64,000 nt of DNA from Eledone cirrhosa (GCA_964016885.1 OZ024746.1:33170001-33234000); one strand, 5' to 3'. Shown: positions 26,526 to 40,420, counted from the stretch's first letter. Made by a program: numbers and translations. The notes: a model not told the origin generated them from the sequence alone.

Positions 26526-26905
26526 TCATATATAAATTCCCTCACAAATTATAATAGGACTTCGAGAAAAATAAATTTTGATAATCATTAACGCACATCC
26601 ACAAGCACGCAATATTCACACACAATGACACATATACAGAAAATAACAGGAAAATAACCATGACGTTTCGGACAATAGTCTTTCATAAGAACATATACTT
26701 AGATATAAAAAATAAAATAGAAAGATAAAGTCAGAGAAGAGAAAGGAACGGAAACAAATGAGAAACAAACAATGAGAAAAAAACACATGTTCTTATTCAA
26801 ACAGCCTCTCTGGATAATTTGTATATATCTATAAATTATGTATATATTTTGTATATATGTATCCCCGCCTCTCTCTTTCTCTCTCTCTCTCTCTTTCTCT
26901 CTCTA

Positions 26906-26942
<37 letters not shown>

Positions 26943-26956
26943 GTATATATATATAT

Positions 26957-27060
26957 CAGGTCGATACAGATCGAACCTTGAGCTGATCAAACACGAAACG
27001 CGCGTCACACCTCAATAAACGTAATGAAGATCTAACACTTCGTCCTTTTTATTATTAGTT
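26957..27060 (+). mobile_element. Family J fragment with HHR 3' half and AATAAA
   Basis: C-GAAA-CGCGCG-TC-AC followed by AATAAA. Homologous to 42058-42160. Confidence 0.6.
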
Positions 27061-29519
27061 TACACACACACACATACACGCATATATAATTCTCTCTCTC
27101 TCTATATATATATACGTATGTATATATACATACACACACATGCATATATATGAATACATATACTTATATACGTATATATATACACACATACGCATATATG
27201 CGTGAGTCATTCAGTGTATGTGTGTATCAGTGTAGACGCTGAGATTTTCAGTGGAGTTTTTAATATTGTATCGCTTTGAAATAACAGCGAGAGAAACATG
27301 TTTTTTTAAGCCGTATCTTACTAGCTGACTGATCTGTTTTAGGACCTCTTCAGACCTCATTAATGTCGAGTTTAGAATCTGATGTCCTTTGATCATGTCG
27401 AGGCTTCTACCCCGTCTTCGTGATCGGATTATTGTCGTTTCCATTAGCTTTAAGCATCTGAGTGTAAGTAGCAAGCAGGAAGTAATTTGCCAATAAAACA
27501 AATATATTTTCTCTGTTTTTTATTTGTCATTCGTTTCTTCATTTCTTTTCACATTTTCTCTGTCTTTCTATCTAATACTCAGTATATATTTCTGTATCTC
27601 TCTTCTTTCGTTCATGAAACGCAAGTGTTTGGAAGGAAAATGGGATACGATAGCAACAAAAACACTTTCACATACATTTTTTGATGAGTAGCTTAGTTGT
27701 AATGTAGTAGTGGGGGAAATTATATGCAGATAGGATTGTCTATTCTAAAATGAGGTGGTGCCAATGCAGAATTTGTTACTTAGTGGTGACATGTGATAAT
27801 TTCTATAATGTCGGAGAAGTTGGCTTTATTCGAATATCAGGTAGGCTGTCGGAGGAAGTGAAACAGTATGTTCTTAAATAATGTTGTTCTGGTAATCGGG
27901 ACATTTTATGTGTATAGGTTCGTACAAGGCTTTATATTCTAACTTTCAGAGTAAAACAGAGCAAGAATAAGACAATATGATCCTGTGACATCTGGTAATT
28001 AAAACAGAATAATACTGACTTTGCTATCAAGTCGAAAATTCCAGACTATACATGAATGATTCTAATATTTATTCGACGTAGGTTATCAACGGTAAATATC
28101 ATCCAACCAGATAGAACTTGTGAATATCAAAGGAGTGATCATGTGCATCCGATAGACACATTTCGTCTGCAATTGTGATACCGCAGAATATTAATAATTA
28201 GAGTATACTAGTATATATTCTCGGACAAAGTATTTGAACATTTATGAAGTAGAAAACACTACTAAGAAACAATTACTTAATAATCATATAACCCCAAAAT
28301 ACTGAGACGATAGTAGAAATATCTGCAGTAATATAAACCTCAACGAGCAGTAGTTAGTTCATAAAGTTAATAGCGAAGTGTACGTTACAATTAAGGTCAC
28401 TAAGAGAATTTGTTATGCTGCAAAAATAGAGATAGGCTTAGTTAGTAAGATTAATAAATTCGACTTTAAATTCAACGAATTTAAATTCAATAAATTAAAA
28501 TTCAGTGATCACTGAACTTCAGTTTGTTGAATTTTATTCCTTTGCTTTATAAATGTCTATTTAATTGTACTCTCGCCTTATATATATTACACATGGTAAC
28601 AACATTGATATCGTAATGAATCGCTAAAGGATTCTCCATTTCGACGAAACTAACCCTAGGTAAAAAATTAGCACCTGTAATTTCTTTCGATGAATGTGTT
28701 TGTTCTTTGGCGCAGATATTGACAGCCCATCCGCTAGTGTATACGAGAGACAATACATCAGTTATTGTCCACATCAAGAATTAGATTACATAGAGACGAT
28801 AGACTAATGGTATTACACAATCAAGCAGTAATGCAATAGATACATACAGAAAAATGCCCTTTGCATTAGCACCTTCAAAATTTCGGCCACTTCTAACCTT
28901 AGAGTTTTAAATATGTCGGGCGTTACTTTGTATTTTGGTACAGATATATCCAATCGTTATAGGAAGACGAAATAAAATTATAAAAAAAAATTAGATTGAT
29001 TTCTACAAGCTTCTATGTGTTTCCTTAAGTGCAGTCAAAGATAACATTACGTATATTCGCTTCCTACGAACAGTTAAAAGCAGAAATAGTTTCAATTCAA
29101 TTATTTGTTTTACAATCGCCTTCCTTTAATCGTTATTTGAAATATCATTAGAAATATCCTAACATTAGGGAATTACCATCTCTCCTTATTTTATTGCTAC
29201 AGGAACTTTGAAAAAGTTGGTTGAATCTGTTCTCACAATATGTAAAATATAACTCAAACGGAGAAAATAAAAAAATATGGTACGAATTGCATACAGAATC
29301 AGAAAACCAGGGATGCGATACAAAAGGAATAATGTATGAAGCGGAAAACAACTCGAAGACATGGTACTTTAAGACAGAGTGCACAAACACAGCACTGTGA
29401 GGGATGGTATGTTTATACAACATTGCCAGACACTATCCACCTTTCAAAAACATTTGGAAGTAGACTGTAAAAGAGTTATATCTGCCTTTTTATATATGTG
29501 TTTATATATATATATATAT

Positions 29520-29942
29520 ATATATATAAAACTGAGGATGTCTGTGTGTGTGTGAGTTTGAATCCCTAAAACTCAAGAAACACCAAACCGACTGTTTTCA
29601 AACTTTACACATGTAATACTTATGTTTCAGGGAGTGTTCTGAACAAAGAAAATTTCAAATTTTCAATGCCCTAGGGACCGCATTAGGGGATTTAGCGATC
29701 TCTCTCTATAACTCTTAGTCTTTCTCTTTTTAGTTTTTAGATAGATACATACATATAACGTCGCGCCCTTATACTATCTGTCTGTATGCCTGGCTGTCTG
29801 CAATACGTCACTTCCCTGAGGATGTCTGTGTGTGTGTGTGTGTGTGTGTAAGTGTGTGTGTGTGTGTTTGAATCCCTAAAACTCAAGAAATACCCAACCG
29901 ACTGTTTTCAAACTTTACATGTGTATTACTTATGTTTCAGGG
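29520..29942 (+). mobile_element. Two 5' fragments of the non-autonomous Helitron
   Basis: 'ctgaggatgt(gt)n..tttgaatccctaaaactc..acttatgtttcaggg' at about 29530 and 29816. Confidence 0.8.
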
Positions 29943-30367
29943 TAACATGTAAATAAACAAATAAATAAACAAATATAAACACACACAGACACCCGGATGT
30001 AACACATGCGCAAACTAAGCACACAAGACACACACAAACAAGATGGCGTAAGACAGAACAAAGGAGAGGCACAAAAACAAAGAAAAGAATCCCCAATCAC
30101 TGAAGAGATCACAGAATGTGTGACGAAAGAACTTTGGCAATATATTAACAATCATCTGGTTGTGGAACCAACCAACCAACCAACCAACCAACCAACCACC
30201 TGGAAATTTATAAACTCCTAAATTTATAAATTTATTATAATAAATTGAAGTGAAACTTCTGGTGCGTGTGTTTCTTATTGGCAACATGACCCTCCCAAAG
30301 TATAACAATATCGGTTTCAACACACGTTTTCAGATAAAGAATCTTGCTAAACAAATTCAGAAACGAA

Positions 30368-30368
<1 letters not shown>
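29943..30368 (+). mobile_element. Family H Penelope-like 3' region with HHR motif
   Basis: TCA-CTGAAGA (30100-30106), helix II G(A)TCACA..TGTGAC, GAAA (30125-30128), GAAC-TT-TGG. Ends in (TA)n. Homologous to the region downstream of the GIY-YIG relic at 45154. Confidence 0.7.
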
Positions 30369-30398
<30 letters not shown>

Positions 30399-31700
30399 TA
30401 AACGGAATAGAAAATGCTGACAAATTGTTCACAGTTGAAAAATGGTTTAATTAGGAATAAAAGAGTATTAGTAATTGTATGGGTTAGTATTCAGTTGTGG
30501 TTTTAAGTTTTTAAGTGTTTACCGGTTGCGCATTTCTAAATGCTTTTCAAAAATAATTTTGAGATAGAGTGTCCGTGTTGTTTGCGCTGATGTGATTAGT
30601 TTTGGGAATTCTACCTGTTTTTATGTATATTATTAATTCTGCCTGTATATATGTATATATATATATATATATACATATAAAGTCTGCAGGCATATGCACG
30701 TATGTATATATATATATATGTGTACATATGTACATACACACACACACACACAAAAACACACTTATATATATATAATAGAAGAAAAGAGGAAGTTTAGTTC
30801 ATATATAAACAATATTCACCGTGTATCGACCTGTTGTGTATCAACTATATATATATATATATGTAAATGCGTATATATGTACGCACCACACACACAAACG
30901 CACACACATACATATATATGTATATTTATATATGCGTGCGTGTGTGTGTGTATGGATACATATATGTGTGGACAATCTTTATGACACAATGTAACACTAT
31001 TACAACAACGTCACTCTCTAATAAAAGGTAATATTCCATCTATACATCCTATCATATAATATATCCGTATAACTAGTATGCTTACAAGATCAAAAGTTAC
31101 ATTCGAATGAAATCACTTGCACAGATGAAAACCGACCCTTTATTATCAACAGAGAAACAATCTATCAAATACACATTGTTTTATAGTGATTTTTTTATTT
31201 AACAAAAAATCTGCATTGCGTTTCGTGCGCAGTGAAATAAAAGGCAAAGTAATGTAGAATAAGAAAAAGAAACATAAATATTAAGACAAAAGAGATGAGA
31301 TAAAGAGAAATAAAAATCACAAAGAAAAAAAAATCATGAGATAGAAAAATATTATTTGTTTCTTTGGCAAATTACTTCTAGCTTACTGTATACAATGTAA
31401 TGCTTAAAGCTAATGAAGACAACAATAATCCGATCACGAAAACAAGGCGGAAAACTCAACATGGTCAAAGGACATCCGGTTCTTAGTATGACGTTAATTA
31501 GTTTTGAGGAGTTTCTAAAACAGACCATTCAGTTAATAAATTATGGCTTAACTTAAGTTTAAATAACACCATACTCTCCTTGGCATTTCAAAGCGACGTG
31601 ATATTAAAGGCTTTGCTGTAAAACAGGCATACACACGTTAACGCATCTAATATGCACATACAAGTATACACAGAGCCGCACACAGATATATGTATAAACA

Positions 31701-32267
31701 CTAGTTGAGTTACTCGGCTTCGCCCGGGTGAACAGTTAAGAGAAGACGGATGAAAGAGAAAACGACTGTATTGGATGTGTTGTCTGGTTTACAGTATGAG
31801 GTGAGATCGTAATGTGTGCGTGAGAGAGACATAAAAAAGAAAAACAATCTTAAAACTTGTGAAATAACCATATTCAGTATGATCGTTTTCAGCTCCAAAG
31901 GACGTCATCTGAAACGCATAACATTGCTTCTGAAGTGTTTAGCTTCGTTAGTACGGCCTGTAAGCAGTATATGGATAAAAGCTGGAGAGTCCTCTATCAG
32001 TGGAAGTCTCACCTTTCCTCCTAAGCAACACATGCCAAGTGTAATATCCATGTTACCAATCGCCACTTTAGGATCATTTCTATATTTCTTCGATGGATCA
32101 TAAGAAATCGAGCTTTTAGCCAGTTGGTTCTGCCTTGAAGAGTCCTTTGTGCTCGTCGAATGAAACAGTTCTAGCGCTGTAGAGGCCATTTCGATATTAA
32201 ATATTTATACTCTACTATGTATTGAGTACCTTACTTACTTTAGTTACCCCCGTTTGAACACGGGATA

Positions 32268-32270
<3 letters not shown>
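31701..32270 (-). mobile_element. Internally deleted Helitron with a RepHel N-terminal fragment
   Basis: ORF 31905-32189 IGNMD..GMCCLGGKVRLP..LLTG....KHFRSNV resembles the Helitron Rep N-terminal region. 3' hairpin CCCGGGCGAAGCCGAGT followed by CTAG|T at 31701. Confidence 0.75.
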
Positions 32271-32305
<35 letters not shown>

Positions 32306-32311
<6 letters not shown>

Positions 32312-32382
32312 GTCCCCCAAAATTGAATATACACTTTGATTACCTGTACAGGCGATATTTATTAGAATGATGTAGAAGTGTA
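32306..32382. mobile_element. Partial MITE of the 5577 family
   Basis: ggtgtcccccaaaa..tgattacctgtacaggcgatatttattagaatg. Confidence 0.6.
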
Positions 32383-33467
32383 TGGAGTGCGGAAAACATC
32401 ATTGGAGCGTGCACCAGAACGACCTTAACACATACCCGGGACGGTCCAATTGCTGCAACGTCTGTACGAAATTGTGCAAGTCCCTAGCAGGGAGTGCTCA
32501 TGCTTAAGTATCAAGCGACAGCATGACTCAAAATCGAGTTGCAGCCATCATGTATGTATATATTCATGTGTGTGTATGTTTTTTCGAAGGAGAACGGAAA
32601 GAGCCCACAGTTAAATATGATATTACATTAAATAAAGAATGTATACATTTTATTTCATCGGGGAAAGGACTTCTGGACGATTAGAACTCTTTCCTTCGTT
32701 TGCAATATCCAGGAAGTCAAATAAACTTTTAGAAATTTGCTCTTTATTTGTACATAAAACCACTGTTACATATAGTCACTTCAAGTCACAAATCTATACC
32801 ACTTTAGACCCCATACCAAGAACACAACCTCTTATGTATGTATTCAGTTTCGTCTGCCCTTCCTCTTCATTCCAAGTATGTGACCACCTCTATTCTTGTG
32901 ACACAAAAAAAAATCTATTTAATATTAATTTTTTAAATATATATTTCATTTTACTTATTTTACTTTGTTTGGCTCATGTAACATCATTCTGATTTAAAAT
33001 CTGAAAATATAGATTATGCAACCCATGTTTTAACATAATGCCACCTCATGACGCAACTAATTTTAACGATCGATCAACTGATTAACATGTTCCAGGTTTT
33101 GCATATAACACTACCCTAGATAATCTAACATTGGACTGTTTTGTTTCACTGCAACTTTATTTTAATCCATTAAGCTAGACCTGATTCTGCTTATTCTCTT
33201 CAATATATCTTATTGCATTTTTCTTTCTATTAGTTGTTTTACTGTTTTATTAATTTATTGTTTAAATTATTAAAATTCACCTTTCCTATCTTTATATCGA
33301 TCTATCTACTTACAAATCTAATTATACAGATAGTTAGCCGCCAAATATATCTTATAAAGAATCTCGTCCACAACTACACCATATAAAACGTCTCCACTTA
33401 TCTATATATCTAAACTCCCCCCATTGTATTTGTCCCCATCTTTTGCGCCCTCGTGGCGAATAAACAA

Positions 33468-33528
<61 letters not shown>

Positions 33529-33529
33529 G

Positions 33530-33627
<98 letters not shown>

Positions 33628-33665
33628 CATATCTAGCTATCTATCTATCTACATATCTATCTATT
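33468..33665. repeat. (TCTA)n microsatellite
   Basis: Seen directly in sequence. Confidence 0.95.
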
Positions 33666-33778
33666 TATTCAGCTAGCTAGCTATCAATCTAACTATGTAT
33701 CTGACACATTATCTTTCTACTTATTTAGCTCTCTCTCTATATATTCTCTCTCTCCCCCTCTCTCTCTCTATATATATA

Positions 33779-33876
<98 letters not shown>

Positions 33877-34084
33877 TATATATACATCAATCTGTTTTAG
33901 AAGAGTTGGTCGGGTCGTCCGGCTGTTTTAAATTTCAGAATACATGTTACACTAGCCATATTTTCTAGGAACCTGGTGTCATAACACGACCCCGATTACC
34001 GATCAATTCACTAATCAACACGTCCCATGTTTCCTACATTTTTTTACTCTTTTATTGAATTATAATTTAACATATTGCTATTAC

Positions 34085-34262
34085 GTCGGACAAAACGCTT
34101 TGAAGCATGTAGTACGTTTGGAGTTCATATCCCGCCAGGGTTAGCTTTTTCTTTCACCAATAAGGGGTCGCTAAAATATAGTACCAGTAACGCACTGGGG
34201 TCGATTTAATCGACTTTCCTCTTACCCCCAAATTGTTGGCCTTTCGCCTAAATCGGAAACCA
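34085..34262 (+). mobile_element. Degenerate tRNA-derived SINE (long form)
   Basis: gagttcatatcccgcc..ggggtcgctaaaatatagtaccag..ggggtcgatttaatcgact. Confidence 0.8.
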
Positions 34263-34387
34263 CCTGAAACCTTTATTAATTACTTATATGTACCTTTCTA
34301 ATCTCTCTACCTACCTATAAACTACATAGGTAGTTGTCATATGGAATTATTTTAATTCTCTGGTTTATTAATTTTAATTTACTTTTT

Positions 34388-34462
<75 letters not shown>

Positions 34463-35431
34463 TTGTGCATATGTGTGTGTACTATTTATTCATTCTCTTT
34501 GCCCATATCTGTATAGACATTACCATTAACGTTATCCAATATAGAGTTCATGCCGGCAAGTACAATATTTTCTTTCAAATGTGAATTATAATTCGATTTC
34601 GATAACGAAGATTTATTAAGCGGGGTTTATTGCACTTCGCTGATGGATGACGAGACCAATGAAATACAATACAGCAGTGCAGGCATGCGTGGTTGCTACA
34701 CATTTAAGGGAAATTTTATTCTAGGTTCCGTCATACTGTGCTACGTTCCTTTCTTTGAAACCTTGAATTTTTAACATCAGCCCTACATGCATTCTCGAAA
34801 AAGAAATCAGCCTGCATTTCAAAATCAGTGAAACGTTTCTTCAGTGACTCTCTGTTATGGTGATCATTGGAGAGTTTTCACCACAACACACTGTTGGTTA
34901 AGCCATGTTTTTCCATTCGAGCAACATCATCTGCAATGAGCTATTGAAATAGATTTATTTCAATGATTATAATATCAGACTTTTAGAATTGTCATACATA
35001 TCTTCCTAATGTGAGACACTTAGATAGTTTCTGCTGATCTGACAAATGCCACCATCAATTCCATCTTAAAAAATGGTGGTGGGGGTGTTACAGCTTATGT
35101 AGCAAGACTTGCCAGCATCCTGCCTAAAAACATTTAAGGCACAACTGAGAAGGTTACATTATGAAATCATATGACCAGAAAACGACATTTAGCGCTCTGT
35201 TGAGATATTCCAGGTGAATGGTTCCAAAACCCTTATAAATATATAACACCCACACAACTGTTGTACGGTAGACTAGCAGGACAAATATAGCATCAGTTTC
35301 CCAAATCTAAACAGTTTCAAATCACAAACGTCCACACCATATATGTATGTATGTATGTGTATGTATGTATGTATGTGCGTGTATGTAAGTATGTATTTAC
35401 GTATATATGTATTTATATATATATATATAAA

Positions 35432-35471
<40 letters not shown>

Positions 35472-35504
35472 CATACATATATATATATATATATATATGT
35501 GCGT

Positions 35505-35548
<44 letters not shown>

Positions 35549-35881
35549 CGTGCGTGTGTGTGCGAGTCCGGGTTCAATCGGGAGTAATCGCACCTAATAA
35601 GGTACTCAATACATTAGAGTGGAAACATCAAGTTGTATCTAGAAATGGCTGTTTCATCCAAAAGGGCTTTCCTGATGATTTTTTAAAATGAAACAGTTCT
35701 AGTCATGTAGAAGCCATTTCCGCATTAAACTTGATATATATATATATAAATATATATCTATATACTTAGGGTAAACATTGATGCAATTCAATTCAAGCAC
35801 TCAACGTACTTTTTCCACTTAGGAGTGGCGGAGTAAATATCGAATAAGTAAAAGCGAAGTAGTTTCAGATGTTCAAGTCCT

Positions 35882-36067
35882 TTAATAATAATTGTTTCTA
35901 CTTTAGGCACAAGGCCAGCAATTACCCAGTGCATTACTGGTACTTTATTTTATCGACCCCGTAAGGATGAAAGGCAAAGTCAACCTCGGCGGGATTTGAA
36001 CTCAGATCGTAAAGGGACGTAACTATGCTGGAAAGCATGGCGTCCGACCCTCTACCGATACTGCCAA
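35882..36067 (-). mobile_element. tRNA-derived SINE nested in the family I left arm
   Basis: Near-identical to the copies at 49971 and 52903. Confidence 0.9.
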
Positions 36068-36138
36068 CTGTGATATATATTTCAATGACGAACTGGCCAC
36101 ACTGTTCTGTGTGCGAGTGTCGTGACATCATCAGACAG
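36068..36138 (-). ncRNA. Hammerhead ribozyme with intact consensus core
   Basis: Minus strand: CTGT-CTGATGA, long helix II (ACGA..ACT/CACAC..GTGTG/AGT..TCGT), GAAA-TATATA-TC-ACAG. Confidence 0.75.
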
Positions 36139-36534
36139 CTTGTTACATGATAAGGTTATGTTTCCGAGGCAATCCAAGTTGAATCGACATGGGAACGGAC
36201 GAAGTGTGTGCTTTTGGGTTCTTCATCCGTTCTCCTGTGAGTACCAATTCACCCCCACCGGTCTCCGCAGGCGCATGTCCGAAGGAAGTTGACCATTAGC
36301 TACCGCAGATATCAGCGAAATTCGCTTAGTCAGTTCACCCTCTCAGCCAAACAATGACCCATCTAGGCCTGTACCATAGTTTACTGCTACCCGTCCCGTC
36401 TGTGGCAGTCAGCCGAAAGCCAGAGGGGATGGGAGAGTGTTAGTTTTTACAGGTCACAATACTACCTCTCACCAAGCATTGACAGTACGACTGACCATCA
36501 ACTCCCTCGGAAACATAACCTTATTATGTAACAA

Positions 36535-36608
36535 GCTGTCTAATGATGTCACGACACTCGCACACAGAACAGTGTGGCCAGTGTCGTCATTGAAATATAT
36601 ATCACAGC
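36535..36608 (+). ncRNA. Hammerhead ribozyme motif, G5A-mutated arm copy
   Basis: GCTGT-CTAATGA-...-GAAA-TATATA-TC-ACAGC. Confidence 0.65.
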
Positions 36609-36617
36609 ATTATTATT

Positions 36618-36669
36618 AATGTACTGGGTAATTGCTGGCCTTGTGCCAAAAGTAGAAACAATTATTATT
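36618..36669 (+). mobile_element. 5'-truncated SINE nested in the family I right arm
   Basis: 3' SINE tail flanked by duplicated attattatta. Confidence 0.85.
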
Positions 36670-36707
36670 AAAGGACTTGAACATCTGAAACTACTTCGCT
36701 TTTACTT

Positions 36708-36790
<83 letters not shown>

Positions 36791-38351
36791 GTTTGTGTGT
36801 TTGTGTAGAAATTCGTAAATGAAAGATCAAGGAAAGCAGTGTTCAATCTGTTGTAAGAGAGCTTATTTAGTGTAAACACAGTTTCATACAGTTAACTTGC
36901 ATGTGCTACCGTTGTTTTCGTGGTCCGCTCCAGTTTATTGGAGGAGGCACTTATGAATAGGCCCTTCATTCAGGAAAGTGGACAAACTTAACAACTTAAG
37001 ATTACCCCTTGTTAGTCGAGAGATCTAGGAAAGTTCGTTTCTGGTTATAAATTTAATTCATAAAAAGTGCTTCTTATTTTAACACCAAATTATCCTCTAT
37101 TCAGAACGTCTTCATTTCATTTCATTTTTCTGCCTATTATCGTTTCAACAAGTACCACAGATTACAAAGGGAGCTGTTCTAGTAATAAATTCCAGCCATA
37201 AAAATAGTTTCTCTATTTAACTACAAAATTATTGTGGATTTAGAACATAACCCTCCTCATTATTTCTATTTCATTTCATTCTGTCATGTGGTTTCCACAT
37301 TGAATTCAATAATGTGAATAGAGGGGACAATATACCACTAGCCAGGTCTACATATCTGTCATAAATAAAAGAACTGAAAGTGTGCAGCCCCTAAATGTCC
37401 GGTTGACCTATAATTCAGCATACTTCGTTATTGCATCAATTAGAAGACGGGAATAATCAACATGAGGTGACTGGCGAACAGTTTGCAAAATAAAACACCC
37501 TAATACACACCAAAATTCGCTATGGGTGGTTGAAGCCATCATTAAGGCAGGAATAAACTACAGCTTATATAGATGTTGCGTAGGTTATACCCGCTGGAGA
37601 TGCTGATATGCATACAGTAGGAGCCTGAATAGGTGGTATTAATTAGAAGTTGCACTAACATGATTCATAATAAAGGCGTACATGATAGCATTTGCATTAT
37701 ATTTATGTACAATCGGCAAGTACACGCATTCACACACATACATACACTCTCTCACGCACACCCTTATCTGTTTAAATATGTATGTATGTGTGTGTGTGTT
37801 TGTATACAATCCCTTTTCCAGATATAACATATGTTTTACAAAATTGATGACTTTTGGAACTTCAAGGGGATTTAAAGTTTTATTAGCTACCACATTTTTA
37901 TTTAAGTGATTGATTTGGACATAATCTTTTAAGCTCATTAATTTAACATCATAGTAAAGTATTAAGCTAACAGCATTTTCAAATATTCTAAACGTTCACA
38001 CATGAACATATATTCGTGGTTCTATCACCACGTATACATCTCGTATGGTAGTGTTTTAATAAACTTTTTTTTCATATCAGAACACTCTTGCCTTTGATCA
38101 ATTAACACCTTCATTTCGACATAGTCGGATGATATCAACTATATTTTCAATTAAATTTATTACTTTTAAAGTAATAAGAATAATAAATTCGGAGATGAGT
38201 TAAAATGATGGAATATGGGGTGTTGGAAGTCAATTATATTATCTGATTCTTTATATTATCGATAAAAAAAGAGAAAAACGTTGTATGGGTGTAATCAAGT
38301 ATCGCAATGGGTTTGTAAAGCACGATCAAGATTTTATGACACTAATACTGA

Positions 38352-38577
38352 TTTTTTATTTAGGCACAGGGCCAGCAATTTGGGATGGGTGGTGGGTGGT
38401 GGTGGTAAGTCGATTAAATCGACTCCAGTGAATTACTGGTGCATTATATATTGACCCCTTAAGGATGAAAGGCAAAGCTAACATCGGTGGGATTTGAACT
38501 CAGAGCGTAAAGGACCATAACTCTATGCCATGAAACATGTTGTCCGACGCTCTACCGATATCGCCAATTCACCGCCC
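38352..38577 (-). mobile_element. tRNA-derived SINE (long form)
   Basis: Reverse complement of the family consensus, including the gtcgatttaatcgac hairpin. Confidence 0.85.
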
Positions 38578-38902
38578 TTATGACAAAAATAGCCACAGTA
38601 AAAAATAATGATTATGACAAGGATGATGATGGAGATGATGATTGCTGTATTATTAAAAACCCTCGCACTTATAATAGACTGGGCAGCATAAAAGGGAACG
38701 CTTAATTCGCTCACTATATCCTCTACCGCTACTACGATCATCACATCAATTACCGCTATAGTTTTCACAGCATGTTATAGAGCCAACTTATACTCAAAGG
38801 ATCTTATTTAGATCAAGTCAGAGATATATTTAGTGATAGATCAAGCGACGATTTCTGATATGAGAAGCACGTGAGAAATATATGTTTATGTATGTATGTA
38901 TG

Positions 38903-40420
38903 TTTTTCTGGTTTTATAATTTCACAAAGTTTTACCAATAGAGAGAGAGTCGGTTTCTAACATAGACACAAGACTCTCTCATTGGAATTTACACAACATC
39001 AACTAGGTAGATATGTATGTATGTCTGCATGCATGCATGTGTAGATATGGATGTTATTGTATGTGTGGATGTGTATGTTTTGAATTGTATGTGTGCATGT
39101 GTATATGCTTTGTATCTGTACATGTGTATATGCAGTAATCAGATGCAATATTTTTGGAATGTTTTACATATTTTTACTGTTCCATTAATGGATTGTACTT
39201 GTAATTTCCTAACTAGTTGTGTTCCTTCTTTTCCTGTGAAGCCTAGCTTCTCAAGATTTGTATTGAGGCAGTTACTAACATATCCCAGTGCCCCAATAAT
39301 CACAGGCACAAATCTGAAGGTGTAATCAGGGTGGAGTATCTGCAGATTTCTCATCAGTTCTGCATAAATATTCTCCTTTTCACTAATCTTTGATATTATA
39401 TTGGCATCTGCTGGGCAGCTAATTTCCACTACTGTGCATGTTTTCTTCTCCCTGTCCCATATCATAATATCTGGTCTGTTATGCGTGCATTTTATTGGGG
39501 TTTTTACTGAAACATTCCACCAGTACTCTTTCATATTATGTACATGGATGTCTTCCACATTGTTGTAGCTTTTAATGTGTTTATTATCGGGGCTATCTTT
39601 TTTACGAACTGCATTGTGCAGTGTTTTGGCCACTACATCATGCCTCATAGGTAGATAGTACCGCGATGACATCTTTGGGCAGCTGCTGATGACATGGGTG
39701 ATATCCTCGATGTTAGTTCTGCAGAGTCTGCACTTGTTATCACATCTAGGTGTTTTGCCTGCATCCCTATCTCTTTTGTGAATCAGGTATTTCGTGCTAA
39801 TCTCCTGTTCTTGGATTGCAAAAGCGTATCCTTCAAAGTGGGAGCCAATATAGCGGTTGTTGGTCCGAGATAGACTACTTTCCTTATCTATATTACTCTC
39901 ACTCTGGAGCTTCCTGGCAACATATCCATGCATGATTTTTTGCTGATAGGCATGCAGTTTTTCATCCCTGGATTCACTGCGATACTGCTGAGCGACATCC
40001 CTGGGTGTGAGTTTTTGATTATCACACAGGGAATATCTCTCAAGGAGTTCCTTCCCAACTCTCATGATCTTATCTGTTTCATGCAGATAGACTTGCTCGA
40101 GAAGCGGGCTCCTACGCTTCGAGGTTCGTAGATGTTGTCGGGGAGATATGATGCGACATTCAAATGTTGTCTGGACTGATGTTAGGCCTCTGCCTCCCTG
40201 CCTACGTTTCAAGTAAAGGCGGTCTATGTCACTGTTGATGTGGAAATTTCCGGTGTTGTTCAGTATTTTTCGAGTTCCAACATCAACTGCTCGGATTTCG
40301 TCTATCGTCCAATTGAGTATTCCAAACGTTGGTGTTAAGACAGGCACAGCAAACACATTGTGAGCCACTGTTTTGTTTCGCGCAGAGTGTTCCGATGACC
40401 AGATCTTTCTTAATCGGGTG
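38903..40420 (-). mobile_element. 5'-truncated R4/Dong-like LINE (second family) inserted in (TATG)n
   Basis: Open frame from about 40418 to the stop at 39139 with DIDRLY..GGRGL, CRLC..H..C, RHD, RPD..E..K. Both ends abut (TATG)n. Confidence 0.9.

Larger units (their letters stand above)
35771..36712. mobile_element. Family I fold-back element with an HHR in each arm
   Basis: Left arm 35842-36169 is the reverse complement of right arm 36505-36712. TA-flanked. Confidence 0.8.

Noticed and set aside
27700-27940. Possible Penelope RT relic on the minus strand (TNLYT*NVP)
   Set aside because: Only one short motif resemblance; too degenerate to call.
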